Below, in pieces: positions 26,095-39,834 of a stretch of 64,000 bases of DNA. The notes beneath the pieces are model-generated. The model worked only from the letters and a program-made list of their open reading frames with translations. It did not search any database and was not told the DNA's origin. Position numbers and translations under genes: made by a program. The stretch lies in assembly GCF_964204645.1 (NCBI RefSeq), contig NC_134031.1, positions 15,425,807-15,489,806 of the forward strand, written 5' to 3'. Position 1 is the stretch's first letter. Each line of letters begins with the position of its first letter. Source of the stretch: Tubulanus polymorphus (taxonomy: Eukaryota > Animalia > Nemertea).

Positions 26095-27491
26095 CCGCGA
26101 CGACTTCAATGCTACAAAAATACCGTCGAAACCGCTTTAATCCCGATCGGTTTAATACGGATTTTCATCGAATTCATCAAATCGGGATCCAGTTCTACGG
26201 TTGTGAGTTAGATTTAACTCTCGACTTAAAATCAGTTCATTTTCTGTGATTCAAATCGAAACTCACCACTGTGGGCCCAGTTCCACAGTTGTGAGTTTAA
26301 GTTGAAATCAGTTAATTTTCAATGTTTTAACTCTATAGAGTCAAATTTAACTCAGAACTGCGTAACTGGATCCAGTTATTATTTACTGTTTACGGCTCAC
26401 TGAACGTATATGTTTGTATAGTTTGATATTTGATCTCTCCAAAACCCTGATGGTCCCAATTGGTACGGATTAAGCGCAGCTGTATAATGTCGATATCATG
26501 CCAAATTCTGCATTGAATGAAAAAAATAGTGAATTTATTATTTGAATGAATTGTTTGGGCTTAGTTGTGCTTAAAAACCAGTTACGTGCATTATCGTTCT
26601 ACTATATATAGTGTTGTGTAGATGTGACTTAAGCTTAAATGTGATAATGCTGTCATGATACTGGTCTCAAGTAGTTAGCTTGGTTTTAGAACGAAGATAG
26701 TCTTAGTTTGGTCTTAAATCGAAGGCTTGACCGCAACAGTGAGCTCTGAGCCCATTCACGGCTTAGATTTTAAATCAGTCGAAGACTATCTTAGTTCTAA
26801 CACCAATTCAACCATTTTTGACTGAAGTCGAGAGTTATTAACGCAAATCGAAACCATAACAAAATCGTTGATGTTGTATAGCAGTATCTGAAGATAATCT
26901 TTAATTCATTGTTAAAATATTTCCGCGTGGAATAATGGGTCTTCGAATGCTTTCACGGCTTCGCGGCGGCATTTTTGAAAACGGAGACGCGTGCTAGTTT
27001 TAGTGAAGTTTTATTCAGGTTGATATAGATGTGCTAGGGAGTAATTTATTGTATGTACATGATCGTAGTTCGCATGTTTCGTGCTTCTGTTAAATACGTT
27101 TAAAGATAGGTAGTCAGAAATTTTGACACTTGTTCGAGAACATGTCGATTGCTTGTAAAACAAATCGACAAAAATGATTAATAGATCATATCATTTTTAG
27201 CTTTTAATCGGGAATATTCATGTAGTATTTATTGCAATTACGAAATGAAAATGGATTATCGTGTTTTTTTTTATTTGCTCGTTGTAGAAATCGTTATATA
27301 TACCCGGTACTTACTTACGGCTGGAAGTTCCAGTTGCGATCCAGTACAGTAGTATTTCTTTTGTTATTTCGGCGATGTGATAAAAAGTGTAAATAGTTGC
27401 AATGAAACCGAATCAATAAAAACGATTTTTTTCTATGAATCTGGTCGAATTTGGTAATTGTTTTTGGGCGAGTCTGCCGTGAGTGCTTCGA

Positions 27492-27668
27492 CAGTCAACC
27501 CCCGATATACCACCCTCCCATATACCGCCGACCCCGCCTACCGCCAGGTTTTCTCGATGTGTACATCTCTCATCAAATACATAGTAAAACGCTCCCGATA
27601 TACCGCCATACTCTCTGTACCACGAAAATCATTCGACATCGATGTGGGCGGTATATCGGGGTTGACTG
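27492..27668. mobile_element. Tc1/mariner(pogo)-type MITE
   Basis: cagtcaaccccgatatacc...ggtatatcggggttgactg-TA. Confidence 0.7.
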
Positions 27669-27906
27669 TATTTGGAAAAATATTTAACATCCTGATTTGG
27701 GCTTACTTTCACATTAAGTGCTACTTTTTGGCTTGATCTGAAAAAATGGTAACAGCATTCGTGAAGAAGTGACTTTTAGAATTGCTAAAATAATCAAGCA
27801 CTTCGGGCAATTATTGGTCCCGAGAAAACCACAGAAAGTGCAAACTACTGCCTTATATAAATATTTCAAATCATATATACAGTATTTCCATACTATATGT
27901 ATGTAA

Positions 27907-28760
27907 AGGCTGGCCATGTCGACAAGCAACGCGACGCCTACCGACTCCTACCAACGCAAATGAGAGCAACCGCGATCGCAGCCCAGCTTATGTCGACTGC
28001 GCTCCGATTCGCAGCAACTGAGGCCTACTAGCGGGATATGAGATCCTCCCAGTTGCTTCCCTGCTTATGTCGGTTGCGATTACTAGCAACTGCAACGGCT
28101 CAAATGGTCACGTGATAAGCATTTTGAGAATAAATTTGAATTATTAGGAAATATATTTCTATTAGAAAAGCTATTTCTTTAAGACTTCGATCTTTCTGAT
28201 TCTGTTTTGAATACAACGTGCTAGCGACATCTATAAAGATGGCCGCTCACACCATAATTCTACCAATTTCGTTTCTAGATCTTCGGTCCAGTCCTCTGTC
28301 GTGCTGAAGGTTTGGTTTACGTTTTGAACTACTTATATTTGAAAGTTTATGACTAATTACGAATGACGCTAACTAGCGGTGATAATTTGTACTACGTATA
28401 TGCGGTCTCTCATTGGCTGGAACCCCTGCGCTCAGTTCCGTCGCATCGCAGATGAGCTTATGTCGGCTGCGATCGAAAGCAACTGCCCGCCTACCGTAGG
28501 CCGGAGTAGAACATGGGCAACTAGCCGGATACGGCTTGCGACGAGTCGGTAGGCGCCGCGTTGCCGTCGCAAGCCAGCTTATGTCGAACCGATTGAGGAG
28601 CAACTGGCGGCCTCTCGTAGGCCGCTAGTTGCCGCTAATCGGCGATAAAGCCTGGCGCACACGGGCGACAGTTTCGAGCAATTCTCAAACAGCCGCCCGA
28701 ATTGCCGACAGCCCAGTTGCATCGGTAGGCGTCGCGTTGCTTGTCGACATAAGCCAGCCT
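27907..28760. mobile_element. PIF/Harbinger-type non-autonomous element
   Basis: TAA-aggctggccatgtcgacaagcaacgcgacgcctaccga...tcggtaggcgtcgcgttgcttgtcgacataagccagcct-TAA; subterminal cttatgtcg repeats. Confidence 0.8.
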
Positions 28761-28953
28761 TAAGGTTGATGGTATACTTCATATCGAAGCGAGTTTCATA
28801 ACCTGTAATTTGTATTCTACCATTTTGCAGAGAGAAACGATCAGCCGCACATAACTCAGCGGCAGTCAGCAATTTCCGAATCTCCCGCTATATCAGAGAC
28901 CTGATATCGTTCAATCATTTTGAGGCGTTCTAGAGGCTAGTTCGGATTTCTTC

Positions 28954-30186
28954 ATGGATAATTTAACCGCTATCGCCACTACAACTCGTAGAATATACCG
29001 CACTACATCGAAGACACCGGATTATATCATAGCTTTCAGGAGATTTTTTGAATTCTTTTACGACTACGGTAGAACATTCAAATATGTGTTCTTGCTTCCG
29101 CCGGGAAGCGTGTTTAACTTTCTGACAATTATCTTATTGATAAAGTGTCGCGGATATCAGTCAGTTCGTTACACGTTCCCTTATCTCATAACTCTCGCGT
29201 TTTCAGATCAACTTGTCGTATTGTTTGAGCTTCGAAAATTCCCAATTTACTTGAAAGATTTCCTTACGTATGATATAGGATTTTATCGAGAATGTGACGT
29301 AAGTTACCTGACATTCGCCAAACACAGTAAACTATGCCCATCACTTTACTATGTCTTTTACTATTTCTATTATCAGCCCAGACGATTGTTTCCTTCATGT
29401 ATATTTTCAAACCTATTTTATAACCAGGCGATATCTGTATCAAACTACATAGTCATTGTGATCGCTATTGAGAGATTTGTTTCCATTCGGTTTCCTTTCT
29501 TTCACATGAAACATTTCACCGTCACTCGGCGTAAAATTGCAATAGGTTTTGTCATCTTCTGGGCGTATATTATGAACTTGGATTTAGTAATCACGCGCAG
29601 TCGTGTTAATATCCGCAAAAATCGCAGATACAACGAAACATTTGACAGTTTTGCATGTGATCATTCAATGAGTTATCCAAATATATGGTTTGGCGAATTA
29701 ATGACAGCATTTAGAACATTCTTACAAGATATATTTCCTTCTGTTGTAATCATAATATTATCGGTGTTAACTGCTGTATTACGCAATAAGAGATCTGAGC
29801 TGAGAGCGAAGAGAACAGATCGTCATTAATCTTCAGCTAGCAAAACTCTTCTTGTTGTAGTTATTGTGTATGTTTTACTTGTTGTACCAAATGCCGTGTG
29901 TCAATTTATTCGTAATAGTTTGCGCTATATCAAATATTTGTTGTATGTGAATCACGAAATTCAGATAAACTCTAGAACGCCTCTATTGAGTTTATACACG
30001 CAAAGTTTATGGGGTCAGTTGGGCTGGGTATTCGACACATTTCGACAATTTGTGTTTTGTGTAAATTTTTTCATATACATCGGAACATTGAAAGTTTTTA
30101 GGACTAAACTTATCAAATTATTCACTGATTGTTTTTGTTGCGTAAAGCGTAATAGAAAAGAAACAAAAGTCATACGATCTGGATAA
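28954..30186 (+). pseudogene. Class A peptide-type GPCR copy 1, premature stop
   Basis: Same 1233-nt length as copy 2; CAA->TAA at 29827-29829 in ICL3; frame continues intact to ...KVIRSG*. Confidence 0.85.
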
Positions 30187-30455
30187 GTTTCGAGTTGAAG
30201 AGGCCTGTTCATTTTTCAATAAAAACAAAAAGAAAACGTATTGCAATTTTAATCATCGTTAAATGTAGCTATATATTCAGTTAAGCTACTCTTGGAAGAC
30301 TCGCTATATAGTTCGTAGAATTGATATTCCCCTCGTAATTATAGTCATCGGTTTGTTTTGGTCTCTTGTCCAATTTGCAGGAATTAGTATCACTACACGG
30401 TAAAAAACGAACCAGCAAACGGCGTCATTTCCAGTCGTGTTGCAAATCCATAGAA

Positions 30456-30900
30456 TACGTTTTACTTGTTATACCAAATTCCTTGTGTAAATTCATTCGT
30501 TACAGTTTCCACTATATCAGAAATTTGTTGACTGTAAATCATGGTGTACAGATAAACTCTACGTCTCTATTGAGTTTCTACACGCACGGTTTATGGCGTC
30601 AGTTGGACTGGGTTTACGACACATTTCGACAATTTGTGTTTTGTGTAAGTTTTTTCGTATACATCGGAACCTTGAAAGTTTTCAGGACTCAATTTATCAA
30701 ATTGTTTACGGATACATTGTTTTTGTTGCGTAAAGTGAAATGAAAAATCCGATGAAGGAATTCATACGAATTGAATGAGTCTCGTGTTGAAGATGCCTGT
30801 TAATTTTTCAATTAAAACAAAAAGAAAACGTTTTTAAATTCTAATCATCGTAAGATATAGCTATATTTGCATGTAAGCTATACTTGGAAGAATCGCTATG
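30456..30900 (+). pseudogene. Partial GPCR duplicate (TM6-TM7, C-tail, 3' flank)
   Basis: YVLLVIPNSLCKFIR...RQFVFCVSFFVYIGTLKVFRT fused onto the 3' flank of copy 1; frameshifted tail. Confidence 0.8.
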
Positions 30901-32088
30901 GTCGGTTTTTTCAAAATGCAGAAATGCAAAAACGCAGAAATTGGTGTGTTAATTTTACGGACAATGTTAAGGTTTCATGATAGAGCTGCATGCAGTCGTA
31001 ACCTTGTGTCTGTTAGTTTCACGATCGGATATTTTCACAAACGCATGTTGGTATAAGCCCATGGATCCGATTATAAAAAGCTTACCACCAAACGATTGGT
31101 AACTAACAACGCTAACATAAGCTGCATAATATTTTTTACTACAGCTGCATACAAACGATTTTGACCTTCGAACTCAACTCTGCTTGCTCGTTTACGATTT
31201 GGTTGCTAAGAAAATAAACATTTTTGTCTCATCAGCGGGCTATTTATTACCTCGAGTTTCGTTCATTGTTTATCAGGTTATTCTGTAGATGGAATTGAGA
31301 GAAAAAATCTTTCGATTTTTCAACGAATCTTTTAAACCACAGCAATGTATATTCGATATGATGATCTTTCCTTTTTCATCGGTAAATGATTTCCCGAGAT
31401 GCTGAGTATTACATTTGCAGGTTAAGCATAAAACTCTTGGACCCCTTCCAAACTTTCTCATGATATGATTGGATGTTTTTGTGAGGAGGGTAATCTACAT
31501 TTTTTTCAAAACCGTGCCGACAACGAACGAATGAATTCTTTAGACGCAGAATCATAAATCTCAGTTTTTTTATTTAATTGTAAATCATTCATCGTGACTC
31601 ATAACGATTGTGAATTTGGCTATGTTGCTATGCTATGCTCAAAGTTAATAAAAGTTCCCGCGAAAGAAATGAATAATGGATACATAAATTCAATATTGGA
31701 AATGTAGTATCTGTTCATTCATTTATTAGTCATTTTGAATTAAAATTTATATTTTCATCAACTCGTTAATAACTCGTTACTTTTTATTTTATTTCACTCA
31801 CACTTTACTCACACTTTTTATGTTAAAAAATCTAACTCATACAAATATAAATATTTAAATATGTTTAAAATATAAATTATTTCAATCACACTTTACTCAC
31901 ACTTTTTATGTTTGAAATTGATTCTAATTCTAACGACTCGTTAATTACTCGTTACATTTTCTCACACTTTACTCACACTTTTTATGTTTGCACTTAACTC
32001 ACACTTTTTATGTTTAAAATTGATTTTTTATTATTCGAAATCTACATTTGATCTTACTTATCTAAATTATTATGCTAACACTTTACTC

Positions 32089-32296
32089 AGTGTCGTTTCA
32101 GATCGAAGGTCGAACGGTCGAGCTCATAAAAAATCAAAATAAATTCTCGCGCACGCTCGAATTTATTTTTATTTTTTACGTTATCACACAGCTAAATGAA
32201 AGGGTTCATCGCACTTTTCAAATATATTACACTAGCTTGAATCTAAATTGATTTTTTATGAGCTCGACCGTTCGACCTTTGATCTGAAACGACACT
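32089..32296. repeat. Hairpin/TIR element (48-bp inverted repeats), preceded by (actcacacttt) iterations at ~31795-32090
   Basis: agtgtcgtttcagatcgaaggtcgaacggtcgagctcataaaaaatcaa and its complement at 32248-32296; 32105-32180 is the reverse complement of the hairpins at ~39735-39824 and ~45496-45572. Confidence 0.75.
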
Positions 32297-32339
32297 TATA
32301 TATATATATACTGATATCATGAGTATACAAACTATAGTA

Positions 32340-35594
<3,255 letters not shown>

Positions 35595-36044
35595 CATACT
35601 TCAAATTAACTATTCATTAATGCTAAATTACACTAGCTTGAATCTAAAATATCTAGAATTAAAAGTTCATTGTTGCTTATAATTCATGGCATTGCACTGC
35701 TCAAATATACCACAAGTCAACAAAAGTTCACAGTTCAAAAATATTCCAGTTCGAATTTTAAGATATTAAAAATAAAAAGTTCATTATTCTTATCAATTCT
35801 AACAATTCATCTTATTCTAAGAGTTTACTTAAAGAATTTATCCCAACGTACTTTGGGACCATTGCGCAGTTCAAACACATTTCAGTCTCATCGCAAATGA
35901 ACAAAATTGGAGAAACATTTGGCTTTGAAATGTTCTTGAACATCCCTAAGTGGGGATTTTTACCTACTTTTAATATTTGGGGATTTTTACCCAGGGGATA
36001 TTTACTTACGGGATTTTTACCTACAACCCTGCAGACAATCAACA

Positions 36045-36482
36045 ATTAATAGGTGGATCGAAGATAACGCTGAAGCTGAATTTTGAAGTTGGATTCTGAG
36101 TCTATACATTTTAAATTCTCTGGTAAACTATTCCAAAATTTCGCTCCTTGTATTTTCATGGAAGCATACTTGTAGTTAGATTTCGCAAATTCGATCGATA
36201 GAGCCATGGGTCTGCGACTAGAACGACGATTTTGGGTTTTCCTGAGAATGAAAAAATTTTTGAAAGTGTTCGGTGATAAAAGGTTGATGCTTTGGAAGGC
36301 AGGCGATCCAATTTGAAGTCTGTAAATGTCATCCAGTTTAAGAATGTCTAATTTCCTGAAAATCGGGGATGTGTGTTCAAGCCAATCTGCACGAGTAACT
36401 ATTCGAAGGGCTTTTTTCTGAAGGATGTATAATGGTTGTAAGTTTATTTTACAGGCATTTCCCCAAATAAGATTGAACCAAG
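36045..36482 (-). mobile_element. CR1/L2-group LINE 3' fragment
   Basis: LQPLYILQKKALRI...WNSLPE; close paralog at 57113-57535. Confidence 0.75.
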
Positions 36483-36864
36483 TGAGAATTATACATACAT
36501 ATATACAATCGTTCCATAGTCGGAAGATATTTTGCTGAAATAACCTTGAACTCGCTCACCTCGACGCGAACTATACTCCTCTAAAGTTTAGATGCTTATA
36601 TAGTTCCTGTCGGAGCGAGTTTCATGATCTATAAGCCGCGATCACACGAGCATTTTTGGCCCGGGCCAAATCGTCTGCGCCGTGTTATCGCGGCTATGAT
36701 TTGTGTTCAACTGCAGTTCGCAGAGAGAAACGATTACGCCGCGCATAACCCGGTGGCAGTTCAACTCGAATCTCTCGCTACAAGCGCATATCAGAGAACT
36801 GATTTATACCTTACAATCGTTTGGGGCGTTGTCGAGATATGAAGACTTTAGTTCAGTTCTCTTC

Positions 36865-38097
36865 ATGGATAATTTCACCACTATCGCCACTACAACTCGT
36901 AGAATATACCGCACCACTGTGAAGATACCGGATTATATCATAGCTTTCAGGAGATTTTCTGGCTTCTTTTACGACTACGGCCCAACATTCAAATATCTGT
37001 TCTTGCTTCCGCCGGGAAGCGTGTTTAACTTTCTGACAATTATCTTACTGATAAAGTGTCGCAGATATCAGTCAGTTCGTTACACGTTCCCTTATCTCAT
37101 AACTCTCGCGTTTTCAGATCAACTTGTCGTATTGTTTGAGTTACAAAAATTCCCAAACACCTTGAACAATTTTCTCACGTATTATCTAGGATTTTATCGA
37201 GAATGTGACGTAAGTTACCTGACATTTGCCAAACACAGTAAACTATGTCCATCACTTTACTATTTCTTTTACTATTTCTATTATCTGCCCAGACGATTGT
37301 TTCCTTCGTGTATATTTTCAAAGCTATTCGATTACCAGGCAATAACAGTATCAAACTACATAGTCATTGTGATCGCTATTGAGAGATTTGTTTCCATTCG
37401 GTTTCCTTTCTTTCACATGAAACATTTCACCGTCACTCGGCGTAAAATTGCAATAGGTTTTGTCATCTCCTGGGCGTATATTATGAACTTGGATTTAGTA
37501 ATCACGGGCAGTCGTGTTAATCTCCGCAAAAATCGCAGATACAACGAAACATTTGACAGTTTTGCATGTGATCAGTCAATGAGTCATCCAAATAGATGGT
37601 TTGGTGAATCAATGACAGCATTTAGAACATTCTTTCGAGATATATTTCCTTCTGTTGTAATTATAGTATTATCGGTGTTAACTGCTGTATTACGCAATAA
37701 GAGATCTGAACTGAGAGCGAAGAGAACAGATCGTCATCAATCTTCAGCTAGCAAAACTCTTCTTGTTGTAGTTATTGTGTATGTTTTACTTGTTGTACCA
37801 AATTCCGTAAGTCAATTTATTCGTAATAGTTTGCACTATATCAGAACTTTGTTGTATGTGAATCACGGTATACAGATAAACTCTAGAACGCCTCTATTGA
37901 GTTTCTACACGGAAGGTTTATGGGTTCTGTTGGGCTGGGTATTCGACCCATTTCGACAATTTGTGTTTTGTGTAAATTTTTTCATATACATCGGAACCTT
38001 GAAAGTTTTCAGGACTCAACTTATCAAGTTATTTACTGATTGTTTTTGTTGCGTAAAGCGAAATAGAAAAGAAACAAAAGTCATACGATCTGGATAA
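36865..38097 (+). CDS. Single-exon class A peptide-type (FMRFamide/sex-peptide-receptor-like) orphan GPCR, copy 2 (410 aa)
   Basis: Seven hydrophobic segments; TM1 N, TM2 LAFSD, TM3 IERF, TM4 W, TM5 P, TM6 P, TM7 NFFIY, helix 8 F and CFCC palmitoylation-like motif. Confidence 0.88.
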   Translation: MDNFTTIATTTRRIYRTTVKIPDYIIAFRRFSGFFYDYGPTFKYLFLLPPGSVFNFLTIILLIKCRRYQSVRYTFPYLITLAFSDQLVVLFELQKFPNTLNNFLTYYLGFYRECDVSYLTFAKHSKLCPSLYYFFYYFYYLPRRLFPSCIFSKLFDYQAITVSNYIVIVIAIERFVSIRFPFFHMKHFTVTRRKIAIGFVISWAYIMNLDLVITGSRVNLRKNRRYNETFDSFACDQSMSHPNRWFGESMTAFRTFFRDIFPSVVIIVLSVLTAVLRNKRSELRAKRTDRHQSSASKTLLVVVIVYVLLVVPNSVSQFIRNSLHYIRTLLYVNHGIQINSRTPLLSFYTEGLWVLLGWVFDPFRQFVFCVNFFIYIGTLKVFRTQLIKLFTDCFCCVKRNRKETKVIRSG

Positions 38098-39022
38098 GTT
38101 TCGAGTTGAAGATGCCTGTTCATTTTTCAATTAAAACAAAAAGAAAACGTATTGCAATTTTAATCATTGTACTTAAGACTTGCTATATAGTTCGTAGAAT
38201 TGATATTCCCCTCGTCATTATAGTCATCGGTTTGTTTTGGTCTCTTGTCCAATTTGCAGGAATTAGTATCACTACACGGTAAAAAAACGAACCAGCAAAC
38301 GGCGTCATTTCCAGTCGTGTTGCAAATCCATAGAATACGTTGTGTCGTAGAATACATTGTTTTATACGATCTTTTATTTTGGTCGAAGATAAGAATTCGT
38401 GTAATGGCTTTTTCCAGTTCGTCCAATCCGCTGAGGGTTTTACAAATCATGATGGGCAGTTTTAATGTTCACCAAAGGGCACAATATTCACAAAACGTGC
38501 TACTTTTTCCCACTGTTAGCGCTGAAAAGTGCTTTCTTCAGCTGTGACAGTCTCAAACCACGTCGTTGCTTCTTTTTATGGCACGCGTCTCTGTATTATT
38601 GGGTTCCGTGTGGAAATGTGACGTCACGCAGTACACATTACCTACCAAGCGCGACTGTTTCGATCCTCGCGCAGGCTCAACGTTTGGTGAGCTTTCATTT
38701 GGTTTCAATATCTGGTACTCTGATCAGAAAACACCAAAACTGAATATAAAATATGAAAATGACGTATATATGCAGTCGCGTACGTCTCGGGTGCAGAGTA
38801 GCAGATAGGTCGACCAGTGAGTTATTCGTAGGGACATTTCGCACCAGACTCACCCCTTGGCTAAAGAGGAGGCCTGCCTTTTCGACGATGGCAATTATAT
38901 ATAATCTATGAACACATTTTCTTTTGCTTAAATATCTTTATTTATTTTGTATCGTGTAATAAAAGAATGCACAGGTTCCATCGTATAATAACTGTAGGGT
39001 CCCAGATCAGTTGAATATAGAT

Positions 39023-39057
39023 AACAAACAAACAAACAAACAAACAAACAAACAAAC
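39023..39057. repeat. (AAAC)n microsatellite (also ~44792-44822, ~50685-50707)
   Basis: Direct reading; length differs among duplicated units. Confidence 0.9.
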
Positions 39058-39354
39058 GGCGAAACCAATGTTATTATATTCATAGAACATCACGTTTATG
39101 AAAATCAAAACATCACCATAGACATCGTTACGGCGACGAAAATTACACCATTTATTTATTCATTTATTTATTCATCGTAATCATTTAATAGATAACGTAG
39201 TATCATTACCATCTATGTTGTTATTATAATGGTTAGATCATTAAATGGTGCGCGAAAAAAATATTGTATCGTTTACTCCTACGTAAATTCAGTGCGAAAA
39301 AACTGCAATATCAACCAATCAGCGTATACACGTAACTTCTACTCAGTATGAAAA

Positions 39355-39824
39355 TAAAAAATCTATCCGGTAAATATGTTCTGAATTTATATTTATTACC
39401 TTTTAATCCTTCTTATTCCAAGTGAATAATTAATTTATCTCCATATTTGTTAGTAACTGAATCAATATTTGTAATTAAATATTTCTTATGAATTGTTAGT
39501 TCATTTAACTTCTTAAATTTATAATCTACAGATTTAGCATTTGTGATATCTTTTATTCTATCTAGAAATGATTTGTTGTTCTCACTGTGTACTTGTTTAC
39601 TCCCCATTTTAATAACATATTTTTTATTAAAATTGATCTTAGAAGTTATTCATTTATAAATGTTATTCATTTATATGTTATTCATATATATATGAATATT
39701 TAAGTAAATGGGAATATGTTGTTCTATATCAGAGGTCGAAAGGTTGAGTGAGTAAAAAATAAAAATAAATTCGAGCGTGCGAGAATTTATTTTTATTTTT
39801 TACGAGCTCGACCTTTCGACCTTT
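39355..39824 (-). other. Hairpin-ended cassette with small lysine-rich, virus-like ORF (this copy has an internal stop)
   Basis: ORF from 39607 MGSKQVH...KKLNELTIHKKYLITNIDSVTNKYGDKLIIHLE*EGLKGNKYKFRTYLPDRF; ~90-nt hairpin 39735-39824 upstream. Confidence 0.45.
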
Positions 39825-39834
39825 GGTATAATGA

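Noticed and set aside
30900-31660. Possible transposase or recombinase remnant
   Set aside because: No motif could be recognised with confidence.
36703-36864. N-terminal extensions of GPCR ORFs in the ORF track (also 42563, 48457)
   Set aside because: They start at GTG/TTG and are not conserved between copies; the shared ATG (MDN..) is the likely start.
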